Part shown: piece after piece, positions 1-12,714 of the stretch
Numbering within the stretch: position 1 is the first letter of the stretch
Layout: every line of letters begins with the position of its first letter
Source: an uncultured delta proteobacterium
GTDB taxonomy: Bacteria > Myxococcota > Myxococcia > Myxococcales > Anaeromyxobacteraceae
Direction of reading: 5' to 3'
DNA: 64,000 bases
Assembly: GCA_963814585.1 (NCBI GenBank)
Contig: CAWFDF010000003.1
Span: forward strand, 256,001 to 320,000
Notes under the pieces: generated by a model
The model's database searches: none
The model's input: the letters and a program-made list of their open reading frames with translations, nothing else
What the model was told of the DNA's origin: nothing
Translations under genes and position numbers: made by a program

Positions 1-982
<982 letters not shown>

Positions 983-993
983 GGCCAGCTCCC

Positions 994-2959
<1,966 letters not shown>

Positions 2960-3131
2960 GCATTCTCCTTCGCGCCGCGCGGGCGCGCTGGGTGCGCCGC
3001 GCCGGAGCGGCGGGGTCCAGGGATGGTGCTGGACAATATACGCAAAACCGTACCAGAATGTCATTGAACAGGACAGGCCAGTCGATCCAGGCTCTCCCGG
3101 GGCGGATTGACGCAGGACGAGGGTGTCGGCC

Positions 3132-5411
3132 ATGCGGATCGTGATTCTCGGTGCTGGAGCGCTCGGCGGGCTCATCGGGGCCCGGCTGGGCGCGTCGGGC
3201 GAGGACGTCACCTTCCTCGAGACCAACGTGGCCCGCGCCAAGCTCCTCGGCGAGCAGGGGCTCTTCCTCTCCGAGTCGGACCGGGGCGAGCAGCACGTCC
3301 AGGTCAAGGTGGTCACCACGCTGGAAGGCGAGCCTCCCGCCGACCTGCTCTTCGTGGCGGTGAAGAGCTACCAGACCGAGGGCGCCATCCGCGCCGCCCT
3401 CCCGGTGATCGACGAGCGGACCTGGATCCTCTCCACCCAGAACGGCATCGGCAACGTCGACCGGATCAGGTCGGTGGTGGGCATCGGCCGCATCCTCACC
3501 GGGATCACCTTCCACTCCATCCAGCACACCGGCCCCAACCGGATGCGTTACCGGACCGGCATCAAGCCGGTCCAGATGGCGCCCCTCGACGGGACGATCA
3601 CCGACGAGGTGCGGGCCGTCGGCGAGGTCTTCTGCCGCGCCGGGATGGCCACCGAGGTCGTCGAGAGCGTCGACGCGGTGGTCTGGCAGAAGCTGGTGCA
3701 CAACGCCGTGGTCAACCCGATCTCGGCCCTCACCGGGATGACCTGCAGCGAGCTGCTCGAGGACGAGGACATGCAGGCGCTGATGCGCGGCCTCTGCCTC
3801 GAGACCGCCGAGGTGATGAAGGCCCGGGGCACGCCCCTGGAGGACCCCGAGGATCCCTACCGCCCCATCGTCCGGTCGCAGAAGGCGCTGGCCGCCAACC
3901 GCCCCTCCATGTGGCAGGACCTGGTCCGCGGCTTCCGCACCGAGATCGACGCCATGAACGGCGGCATCGTCGCCGAGGCGGAGCGGCTGGGGATGCGGGC
4001 GCCGCTCAACTGGGCCGTCGTCCAGCTGGTCCACTCCCGGGAGCGCCAGCAGCAGCGCCGCCAGGAGCGGGGCGCCCAGACCCTCGCCGAGGTGAAGGAG
4101 GTGCAGGCCAGGCTGCCCTCGCGACCGGTGGAGCGCGTCCCCTTCGCCGGGATGCCGCAGGGGCGGGTGCCCCTGGAGAGCGCGCCCCGGCTCAAGGAGA
4201 TCCTGAGCGGCTACTGGCGCGAGCTGGCCGAGGCCAGCCGCGGCCGGAACGTCGCCTGGTGCTCGACCCACGGCCCGGTGGAGATCGCCCGCGCGCTCGG
4301 CTACGTCCCCTACTTCCCGGAGAACCACGCCGCCCTCATCGGCGCCAGCCGGCTCACCGGGAAGTACATCCGGCTGGCCCTGGCCGACGGCTTCTCCCCC
4401 TTCGCCTCCAGCGAGATGGCCAGCGACGTGGGCGCCATGATGGCCGGGGAGACGCCGCTGGCCGGCCTCCACGGGCTCGACGGCGTGCCGCCCCCGGCGG
4501 TCCTGCTCTACAACACCAACGTCGGCACCTACGTGGCCCGCTGGTTCGAGTACTACGCCAACCGGCTCAGCGCCCCGCTGCTCGGCCTCCACCCGCCGCC
4601 GGCCCTCCACGACGTCGAGAAGATCGAGGTGGACGCCGCGGTCCAGCAGACGCTCCGGCTGGTCGACCGGCTCGAGGTGGTCTCCGGCCGGACCCTCGAC
4701 CAGGACCGGCTGGCCGAGGTGGTCGAGCGCTCGGCCCGCGCCGCCAAGCTCTGGGGCGAGATCCTCGACCTGGCCTGCCACACCCCCAGCCCCATCACCT
4801 ACTTCGACACCCTCATCCACGTGGCCCCCATGCTGCTGATGCGGGGGACGCAGGAGGCCATCAGCTACTACGAGATCCTGCTGGCCGAGCTCAAGCACCG
4901 CATCGCCGGGAAGATCGCCGCGGTGCCGGGCGAGCGGTTCCGCTTCTTCTGGGAGGGGGCGCCGGTCTGGTGCGCCCTGCGCCCGCTCGCCAGCCTCTTC
5001 CTCGACGAGGGCATCGCGGTGGTCGGCTCCTGGTACTCGCAGACCTACGCGCTGCAGGGGCTGCAGCGCGAGAACCCCATCGAGAGCATGGCGGCCGCCT
5101 ACACCTCCGTCTATCCGAACCGCTCCCGCGAGTACAAGGCCAAGTACCTGGCCCGCGAGTTCGCCCGTCACGCCGTGGACGCCGCCGTCTTCCACGACGC
5201 CCGGACCTCCCCGGAGCACAGCGCGGCGCGCTCCGGCCTCCACATCCGCCTGCGGCGCGACACCGGCGTCACGCCCATCGTCATCGAGGCCGACACCCAC
5301 GACTTGCGGCTGGTCTCGATCGACCACATCCGCTCCCAGCTCCGCGAGTTCGTGGAGCAGCGCCGGGCGGCGGCCGGCGGCAACGGGGTCCGCGAGACGG
5401 CCGCGCACTAG
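3132..5411 (+). CDS. Fusion of ketopantoate reductase (PanE/ApbA family) and a 2-hydroxyacyl-CoA dehydratase/BcrB-like domain lacking cluster cysteines
   Basis: N-term has MRIVILGAGALGG, VKSYQ, QNGIG, WQKLVHNAVVNP, SMWQD and RTEIDAMNG. After a Q/R-rich linker the C-term has VAWC..GPVEI, FPENH, RFRFFWEG and FHDART. The frame is open throughout. Confidence 0.88.
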   Translation: MRIVILGAGALGGLIGARLGASGEDVTFLETNVARAKLLGEQGLFLSESDRGEQHVQVKVVTTLEGEPPADLLFVAVKSYQTEGAIRAALPVIDERTWILSTQNGIGNVDRIRSVVGIGRILTGITFHSIQHTGPNRMRYRTGIKPVQMAPLDGTITDEVRAVGEVFCRAGMATEVVESVDAVVWQKLVHNAVVNPISALTGMTCSELLEDEDMQALMRGLCLETAEVMKARGTPLEDPEDPYRPIVRSQKALAANRPSMWQDLVRGFRTEIDAMNGGIVAEAERLGMRAPLNWAVVQLVHSRERQQQRRQERGAQTLAEVKEVQARLPSRPVERVPFAGMPQGRVPLESAPRLKEILSGYWRELAEASRGRNVAWCSTHGPVEIARALGYVPYFPENHAALIGASRLTGKYIRLALADGFSPFASSEMASDVGAMMAGETPLAGLHGLDGVPPPAVLLYNTNVGTYVARWFEYYANRLSAPLLGLHPPPALHDVEKIEVDAAVQQTLRLVDRLEVVSGRTLDQDRLAEVVERSARAAKLWGEILDLACHTPSPITYFDTLIHVAPMLLMRGTQEAISYYEILLAELKHRIAGKIAAVPGERFRFFWEGAPVWCALRPLASLFLDEGIAVVGSWYSQTYALQGLQRENPIESMAAAYTSVYPNRSREYKAKYLAREFARHAVDAAVFHDARTSPEHSAARSGLHIRLRRDTGVTPIVIEADTHDLRLVSIDHIRSQLREFVEQRRAAAGGNGVRETAAH

Positions 5412-5435
5412 CGGGGCGAAGGCGAGGAGTCGACC

Positions 5436-6209
5436 ATGGTCGTGGCGGGCGCAGATCTCGGGACCGAGTGCGTGAAGACGGTGGTCGTGGACGGCGACGG
5501 CAAGGTCGTCGGCCGGGCCACGGTGCCGACGCGAGGCTACTTCCAGGACTGCTTCCAGGAGGCCACCGGGAACGCCCTCCGGGAGGCGCAGGTCCCGGCG
5601 GCGCAGCTGGCCGCCGTCTGCGTCACCGGCTTCGCCGCCTCCTGCGCGCCCATCGCCAGCCAGACGGTGGCCGAGACCCTCTGCCACGCCCGCGGCGCCT
5701 GGCACAAGACGGGGCGGGAGATGACCGTGGTGGACATCGGCGGCCGCGACCCCAAGGTCATCCACGTCGACGCCCGCGGCGCCGTCACCTCGAGCAGGTC
5801 GGTCCGGAAGTGCGCGGTGGGCATCGGCACCTTCCTCATGTTCGCCTCCCGGCACCTCGACGTGCACCCGACCCGGCTCATGGACCTGGCCTCCTCGGCG
5901 GAGAAGGCGGCGCCGGTGGGGAGCTACTGCTCGGTCTTCGCCGAGGTCGAGGTCATCGAGCTGCTGCGCCAGGGCTCCACGGCCGGCGAGATCGCGCTCG
6001 GGTGCATGCAGTCCATCGCCGACCGGATCCTCGAGATCGACCACTTCGAGAGCCCCATCTTCATCACCGGGGGCGTCTGCGAGTACTTCCCCGGCGTGGT
6101 GAAGGCGCTGGCCGACCGCTCCTCGCTCCCCGTCGAGATCCTCCCCGAGCCCATCCTGGCCGGGGCCTACGGCGCCGCCCTCTTCGCGCTCGACCAGGCC
6201 AGGGGCTGA
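5436..6209 (+). CDS. ASKHA-type ATP-dependent [4Fe-4S] activator (HgdC/BcrA/BcrD family), divergent copy
   Basis: Motifs GADLGT, VTGF, CHARGA, VVDIGGRDPK, KCAVGIGTFL, SYCSVFAE, ITGGV and GAYGAAL. Confidence 0.88.
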   Translation: MVVAGADLGTECVKTVVVDGDGKVVGRATVPTRGYFQDCFQEATGNALREAQVPAAQLAAVCVTGFAASCAPIASQTVAETLCHARGAWHKTGREMTVVDIGGRDPKVIHVDARGAVTSSRSVRKCAVGIGTFLMFASRHLDVHPTRLMDLASSAEKAAPVGSYCSVFAEVEVIELLRQGSTAGEIALGCMQSIADRILEIDHFESPIFITGGVCEYFPGVVKALADRSSLPVEILPEPILAGAYGAALFALDQARG

Positions 6210-6217
6210 GGAGGCAC

Positions 6218-7494
6218 ATGGCCACCACCGACCGCCCGTCCCGCGCCCCCGACGCCACCTTCAGCGCCTCGGCCCGGCTCAAGGAGCTGATGGCCGCCCA
6301 CTTCGCCGGCGTGGACCGCGCCGCGCGCGAGAATCCGCCCCGGTGGCCTGGTGCACGAGCGTCGGCCCGGTCGAGCTGCTCCGCGCGCTCGGCTTCGAGG
6401 TCTTCTTCCCCGAGAACCACGGCGCCCTGCTCGGCGCCTCGCGCGTCGCCGGCGAGGTCATGGGCCGGGCCCACGCCCTCGGCTACTCGCCCGACATCTG
6501 CTCCTACCTGACCAGCGACATCGGCGCCTACCTGGCCCGCAAGAGCCCGCTCTCGCGCTTCGGCCTCTCCGGCGCCCCGCGCCCGGACCTCCTCCTCTAC
6601 AGCACCAACCAGTGCCGCGAGGTCCGCGACTGGTTCGAGTTCTACGGGCGCGAGTGGAGCGTCCCGGTGGTCGGGGTCACGTCGTTCCGCGATCTCGGCG
6701 AGGTGGAGGACTCCCACGTCGACGCCATCACCCGGCAGCTCGAGGGGCTGGTGCCGGCGCTGGAGGCGGTGGCCGGGCGCCGGCTCGAGGGCGCCGCGCT
6801 CGAGCTGGCGGTGGGCCACTCGCGGACCTGCAGCGACCTGTGGCGCGATTGCCTGGGGTCCTCGGCCTCCCGCCCGGCGCCGCTCTCCTTCTTCGACGCC
6901 ACCATCCAGATGGGGCCGGCGGTGGTCCTGCGCGGCACGCCCGAGGCCTGCGACTACTACCGGCTCCTCAGTTCCGAGCTGGCCGGGCGCGTCGCCTCGG
7001 GACACGGCGCCCTGCCCCGCGAGCGGTTCCGGCTCTACTGGGACGGCATGCCGATCTGGGGCCGGCTGCGCGACCTGGCCTCGCTCTTCGCCGGGCTGGA
7101 GACCAGCGTGGTGGCCTCGACGTACTGCAACAGCTGGGTCTTCGACGCCCTCGACCCGCGCGATCCGCTGCGCTCCATGGCCCGCGCCTCGCTCGAGCTC
7201 TTCATCGCCCGCTCCGAGGGGCCCAAGCAGCGCTACCTGGCGCGGATGGCCCGCGAGTTCTCGGTCGACGGCCTGGTCTTCCACGACGCCCGGACCTGCC
7301 CCAACAACTCCAACGTCCGCTTCGGCCTGGCCCAGCGCCTGCGGCGCGCTTCCCACCTCCCGGTGCTGGTGCTGGACGGCGACCTCAACGACCTGCGCTG
7401 CTTCTCCGACGAGCAGGCCCGGACCAACGTCGAGGCCTTCGTCGAGCAGCTCGAGGACGCCAGGCCAGCCGCCGCCGGCGGGGGGCGCCCGTGA
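6218..7494 (+). CDS. 2-hydroxyacyl-CoA dehydratase / benzoyl-CoA reductase B-type subunit; frameshift near 6342
   Basis: ATG 6218 follows RBS GAGGAGG. A one-base shift joins ORF 6343..7494 with VAWCTSVGPVEL and FPENHG. Three putative cluster cysteines: DICSY, NQCRE, RTCPN. Confidence 0.88.
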
Positions 7495-8285
7495 GCGCCG
7501 GCCCCTGCTGGATCGGGGTCGACTCGGGCTCCTGGAACACCAAGGCGGCCCTGGTGGACGCCGGGGGCCGGCTGGTGGCCACGGCCATCGTCCGCACCGG
7601 CGCCGACGTCCGGGCCGCCGCCGAGCGGGTGGTCCACGAGCTCCTCGAGCGCGCCGCCGTCGATCGCTCGTCGGTGGCCGCCCTCTGGACCACCGGCTTC
7701 GGGCGCCACGCCATCCCCGACGCCGCCAGCTCGCGCACCGAGCTGGATGCCCACGCCCGGGGGGCCCTCCAGTACGTCTCCGGGCCGCTCACCGTCATCG
7801 ACATCGGCGGGCAGGACGCCAAGATCATCACCGTGGACGCCGGGGGCCGTCGCACCTCGCACAAGATGAACCGGAAGTGCGCGGCCGGGACGGGGAGCTT
7901 CCTCGAGGAGATGGCGCTCCGGCTCGACGTGCCCATCGGGGCGCTCCCGGCGCTGGCCGCGGGCGCGCAGGAGGAGATCGAGCTGGGGAGCTTCTGCACC
8001 GTCTTCACCGGGACCGAGGTCCTCGGGCTCATCCGCCAGGGGAAGCGGCCGGCCGACCTGGCCCGGGCCGCCTACCGCTCGGTGGTCAAGCGGGTGCTGG
8101 AGATGGAGCGGGTCGAGGGGACCGTGGTGGCCACCGGCGGCGTCGTCTCCCACCACCCGCTGGTGGTGGAGCTGCTGGAGCTGGCCCTCGGCAGCCGGGT
8201 CATCGTGCCCCAGTTCGCGCAGGAGATCGGCGCCGTGGGCGTGGCCCACGCCGCCCGCGCCGCCGCCAGCGCCACCGCCGCCTGA
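7491..8285 (+). CDS. ASKHA-type ATP-dependent [4Fe-4S] activator (HgdC/BcrA/BcrD family), canonical copy
   Basis: GTG overlaps the previous stop (GTGA). Motifs IGVDSGS, TTGFGR, VIDIGGQDAK, MNRKCAAGTGSFLE, SFCTVF and ATGGV. Confidence 0.9.
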   Translation: MSAGPCWIGVDSGSWNTKAALVDAGGRLVATAIVRTGADVRAAAERVVHELLERAAVDRSSVAALWTTGFGRHAIPDAASSRTELDAHARGALQYVSGPLTVIDIGGQDAKIITVDAGGRRTSHKMNRKCAAGTGSFLEEMALRLDVPIGALPALAAGAQEEIELGSFCTVFTGTEVLGLIRQGKRPADLARAAYRSVVKRVLEMERVEGTVVATGGVVSHHPLVVELLELALGSRVIVPQFAQEIGAVGVAHAARAAASATAA

Positions 8286-8293
8286 GCCCGGAC

Positions 8294-9859
8294 ATGCACC
8301 AGCTCCTCAACATCGGCGAGATCATCACCGTCCACGCCCGGCTCCAGCCGGATCGCCCGGCGGTGCGGGATCTCTCCCGGGCCCTGACCTGGGCGCAGTA
8401 CGAGGCGCGGGCCACCCGGCTGGCCAACGCCCTCCTCGGCCTCGGGCTCCGCCCGGGCGACCGGGTGGCCGTCTACGCCCACAACGGCCTGGAGTGGCTG
8501 GAGCTCTACGCCGCCTGCGCCAAGGCCGGCCTGGTCGCCGTGCCGGTCAACTTCCGGCTCGCCCTCCCGGAGGTCCGCTACCTCGTCGAGGACAGCGGCG
8601 CCGCCGCCCTCTTCGTCGGCGCCGACCTGGTCGAGGCCGTCGGGCCATTGCGCGACACGCTGGGCCTCCCCGGCGGCCGCTGGATCCAGATCGGCGGCGA
8701 ACGGCTCCAGGCCGGCTACCGCGGCTACGAGGAGCTGCTGGCCACCGGCACCGACCGTCCGCCCGCCGTCAGCGTCCGCCCCGAGGATCCCTGGACGCTG
8801 ATGTACACCTCGGGGACGACCGGGAGGCCCAAGGGGGCCATCCGCAGCCACCGCAGCTACGCGCTCTTCTACCTCCTCAACGCCATCGAGTTCGGCTTCA
8901 CCCGCGACGACGTGGGGCTGGCGGTCATGCCGCTCTGCCACGTGAACTCGGTCTTCTACGGCTTCGTGTTCACCTACCTGGGGGCCCAGGTCTGCGTCTA
9001 CGACCGCAAGAGCTTCGACCCCGAGCACCTGCTGCGGGTGCTGGCCGAGGAGCGGATCAGCTTCACCTCGCTGGTCCCCACCCACTACACCATGATGCTG
9101 GGCCTCCCCGAGGCGGTCCGCACCGCTCGCGACCTCGGCCACGTGGACAAGCTCCTCATCTCCTCGGCGCCGGCGCGCCGCGACACCAAGCTGGCCATCA
9201 TGTCCTGCTTCCCCTCGTCGCGGCTCTTCGAGGCCTACGGCTCCACCGAGGCCGGGCTGGTCACGCTGCTGCGCCCCGAGCAGCAGTTCGACAAGCTCGG
9301 CTCCATCGGCCGCGAGATCGTGGGCACCGGCCGGCTCCGGCTCCTCGACGAGGGCGGCGCCGAGGTGGCCGACGGGGAGGTCGGCGAGCTCTGGGCCCGG
9401 ACGCCGACCGCCTTCGACGGCTACTGGAACCTCCCCGAGGCCACCGCCCGCGCGCTGCGCGGCGGCTACTGCACCGCCGGCGACCTGGCCCGGCGCGACG
9501 GCGACGGCTTCTACACGCTGGTCGATCGCAAGAGCAACATGATCATCACCGGCGGCGAGAAGGTCTACCCCTCCGAGGTGGAGAAGGTGCTGGCCAGCCA
9601 CCCGGACGTCCGCGACGTCGCGGTCATCGGGCTGCCGGACGCCACCTGGGGCGAGGCGGTCACCGCGGTGGTGGTGGTGCGGCCGGGCTCGGCGCCGTCC
9701 ACGGAGGCGCTGGTGGCGCTGACCCGCCGCGAGCTGGCCGGGTACAAGTGCCCGCGGCGGATCCGCTTCATCGCCGACGAGGAGATGCCCCGGACCGCCA
9801 CCGGCAAGATCCTGCACCGCGTGCTCCGGGACCGGTACGCGGCGCCGGAGGGCGCGTGA
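8294..9859 (+). CDS. Acyl/aryl-CoA ligase (AMP-binding family)
   Basis: Motifs YTSGTTGRPKG, EAYGSTEAG, AGDL, DRKSNMIITGGEKVYP and PRTATGKI. Confidence 0.93.
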   Translation: MHQLLNIGEIITVHARLQPDRPAVRDLSRALTWAQYEARATRLANALLGLGLRPGDRVAVYAHNGLEWLELYAACAKAGLVAVPVNFRLALPEVRYLVEDSGAAALFVGADLVEAVGPLRDTLGLPGGRWIQIGGERLQAGYRGYEELLATGTDRPPAVSVRPEDPWTLMYTSGTTGRPKGAIRSHRSYALFYLLNAIEFGFTRDDVGLAVMPLCHVNSVFYGFVFTYLGAQVCVYDRKSFDPEHLLRVLAEERISFTSLVPTHYTMMLGLPEAVRTARDLGHVDKLLISSAPARRDTKLAIMSCFPSSRLFEAYGSTEAGLVTLLRPEQQFDKLGSIGREIVGTGRLRLLDEGGAEVADGEVGELWARTPTAFDGYWNLPEATARALRGGYCTAGDLARRDGDGFYTLVDRKSNMIITGGEKVYPSEVEKVLASHPDVRDVAVIGLPDATWGEAVTAVVVVRPGSAPSTEALVALTRRELAGYKCPRRIRFIADEEMPRTATGKILHRVLRDRYAAPEGA

Positions 9860-10359
9860 AGGAGAGCCTTCGCTTCGTCGTCAACGGCGACCCGGTCGAG
9901 GTGGCGGTCGAGCCCGGCACCACGCTCCTCGAGTGCCTGCGCCAGGAGCTGGGCCTGACCGGCTCGAAGCAGGGCTGCGACAAGGGCGACTGCGGCGCCT
10001 GCACCGTGCTCCTCGACGGGCGCGCCGTCCTCTCCTGCCTCACCCTGGCCCACGCGGTGGCGGGCCGGCAGGTGACGACCGTCGAGGGGCTGGCCGCCGC
10101 CGGCCGGCTCCACCCGCTCCAGGAGGCCTTCGACACCCAGGGGGCGGCCCAGTGCGGCTTCTGCACGCCGGGGATGCTGATGAGCGCCTCCGCGCTGCTC
10201 GAGGAGAACGCCCGGCCGACCCGCCAGGACGTCCGCGAGGCGCTGGCCGGCAACCTCTGCCGCTGCACCGGCTACACCAAGATCCTGGACGCCGTGGTGA
10301 AGGCCGCCGGCGAGATCCGCGGGGCGCGCGCCGCGCCGCGGGACGGGGGCGAGCCGTGA
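9856..10359 (+). CDS. hcrC: Xanthine-oxidase-family [2Fe-2S] subunit (4-hydroxybenzoyl-CoA reductase gamma-like)
   Basis: Motifs GCDKGDCGACTV, QCGFCTPG and GNLCRCTGY. The symbol comes from context (beta-subunit insertion). Confidence 0.8.
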   Translation: MKESLRFVVNGDPVEVAVEPGTTLLECLRQELGLTGSKQGCDKGDCGACTVLLDGRAVLSCLTLAHAVAGRQVTTVEGLAAAGRLHPLQEAFDTQGAAQCGFCTPGMLMSASALLEENARPTRQDVREALAGNLCRCTGYTKILDAVVKAAGEIRGARAAPRDGGEP

Positions 10360-12714
10360 GCGCCGCGCCGCCCGGCGGGCCCGACGGCACGGGGAGCGGC
10401 GCGGGCGCCGCCTTCTCCGTCATCGGCAAGCGCAACCGGAAGGTCGACGGCCGGCGCAAGGTCACCGGCCAGGCCATCTTCACCGACGACCTGCAGCCGG
10501 CCCGGCTGCTCCACGGCAAGATCCTCCGCTCGCCCCACGCCCACGCCCGCATCCGCGCCATCGACACCGCGCCGGCGGCGGCCCTCCCCGGCGTCCACGC
10601 CGTCATCACCGGGCGCGACCTGCCGGTGCCCTACGGCATCATCCCCTGGACCCAGGACGAGTACCCGCTGGCCGTCGACAAGGTGCTCTACGTCGGCGAC
10701 GGGGTGGCGGCGGTGGCGGCCGACGACGAGCGGACCGCCGAGGCGGCGCTCGACCTCATCGTGGTCGACTACGAGGTGCTGCCGGCGGTCCTGACCGTGG
10801 AGGACGCGCTGGCCCACCCCGAGACCCAGGTGAACGCCTTCGCCGGGAAGGGGAACGTCTCCAAGCACGTCCGGCTCAGCTTCGGCGACGTCGAGGGCGG
10901 GCTGGCCGGAGCCGACGAGGTGGTGGAGGACACCTGGTTCCACGCCGGGACGACGCACGCCGCCATCGAGCCGCACTGCGCGGTGGGCGACCTGGGGGCC
11001 GACGGCCTGCTCACCGTCCACTCCAGCACCCAGGTGCCCCACTACCTGCACCGCGAGCTGAGCCGCGTGCTCGAGCTCCCGGTCGACCGCATCCGCGTGA
11101 TCCAGCCGGCGGTCGGCGGCGGCTTCGGCGGCAAGAGCGAGCCCTTCGACCTCGAGTTCGCGGCGGCCAAGCTCTCCTGCTCACCGGCCGGCCGGTGAAG
11201 ATGCTCTACACCCGCGAGGAGGTCTTCTCCGCGCACCGCGGCCGCCACCCGATGCAGATGCGCTACCGGGTCGGCGCCCGCCGCGACGGCACGCTCACCG
11301 CGGTCGAGGCCCGGATCCAGATCGACGGCGGGGCCTACTCCTCCTTCGGCCTGGTGACCACCTACTACTCGGGGCAGCTCCTCGGCGCGCCCTACCGGCT
11401 CCCCGCCTACGAGTTCGACTCGACGCGGGTCTTCACCAACAAGCCCTCCTGCGGCCCCAAGCGCGGCCACGGCTCGGTGCAGCCACGCTTCGCCTTCGAG
11501 GTGCGCTCGACGAGCTGGCCGACCGGCTCGGGCTCGACCCCATCGAGCTGCGACGCCGCAACGTCCTCGGGCCGGACACCCGCACCGTGAACGAGTTCCG
11601 GATCACCTCCAACGGCTTCCTGGAGTGCCTGGCCGGGGTCGAGCGGGCCTCCGGCTGGAAGGAGAAGTTCCGGCGGCTGCCCTACGGCCGCGGGGTCGGC
11701 GTGGCCGGCTCCATGTACATCTCCGGCACCAACTACCCCATCTACCCCAACGAGATGCCGCAGTCGGCGGTGCAGCTCAAGGTGGACCGCTCCGGCCGGG
11801 TCACCGTCTTCACCGGCGTCAGCGACATCGGCCAGGGCTGCGACTCGGTGCTGGCCTACATCGTGGCCGAGGAGCTCGGGGTGGCGCTCGACTCGATCCG
11901 GGTCGTCAGCGCCGACACCGATCTGACCCCGGTGGACCTGGGCGCCTACTCGTCCCGCATCACCTTCATGGTCGGCAACGCCGCCATCGCCGCCTGCGCC
12001 GGGGTGAAGCGCCGGATCCAGGAGGCCCTGGCCGAGCTCTGGACCGTCCCGCCCGGGCAGGTCCGGCTCGCCGACGGCCTCGCCACGGCGCCGGGCAGCC
12101 CCGCGCACGCCCTCCCCATCGCCGAGGCCTTCCAGGCCGCCGAGGCGCGCTTCGGCACCCTCGGCGGGGTCGGCTCCTACGACACGCCCAAGGACGTCCA
12201 CGGCAGCTATCGCGGCGCCACCATCGGCGCCTCGCCGGCGTACTCCTTCAGCGCCCACGTCGCCGAGGTCGACGTCGACGACGAGACCGGGCAGGTCCGG
12301 GTCAGGAAGATCTGGGTGGCCCACGACTGCGGCCGCGCCCTCAACCCCATGCTGGTCGAGGGGCAGATGGAGGGGAGCGCGGCCATGGGCTTCGGCGAGG
12401 CCATCCTCGAGGAGCAGGCCTACGACGGGCGCGGCCTCCACCGGGGCCCTTCCCTGCTCGACTACCCGCTGGCGACCACGCTCGACACCCCCGAGCTGGA
12501 GTCGATCATCGTCGAGAGCGGCGACCGGGAGGGCCCGTACGGCGCCAAGGAGGCCGGCGAGGGGCCGCTCCACCCGTCCATCCCGGCCATCGCCAACGCC
12601 ATCCACGACGCCGTGGGCGTCCGGCTGACGCGCCTGCCGTTCCAGCCGCCGCGCGTGCTGGCCGCGCTCGAGGCCCGGCGCCAGGCCGGCTTGACCTGGA
12701 AGGGGCGACGCTGA
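10356..12714 (+). CDS. hcrA: Molybdopterin-binding subunit (4-hydroxybenzoyl-CoA reductase alpha-like); frameshifts near 11177 and 11503
   Basis: Three ORF pieces join through single-base shifts. Motifs KVTGQAIFTDD, LRSPHAHARI, VGGGFGGK, RGHGSVQ, DLGAYSSRIT, HDCGRALNP and GPYGAKEAGEGP. Confidence 0.78.
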
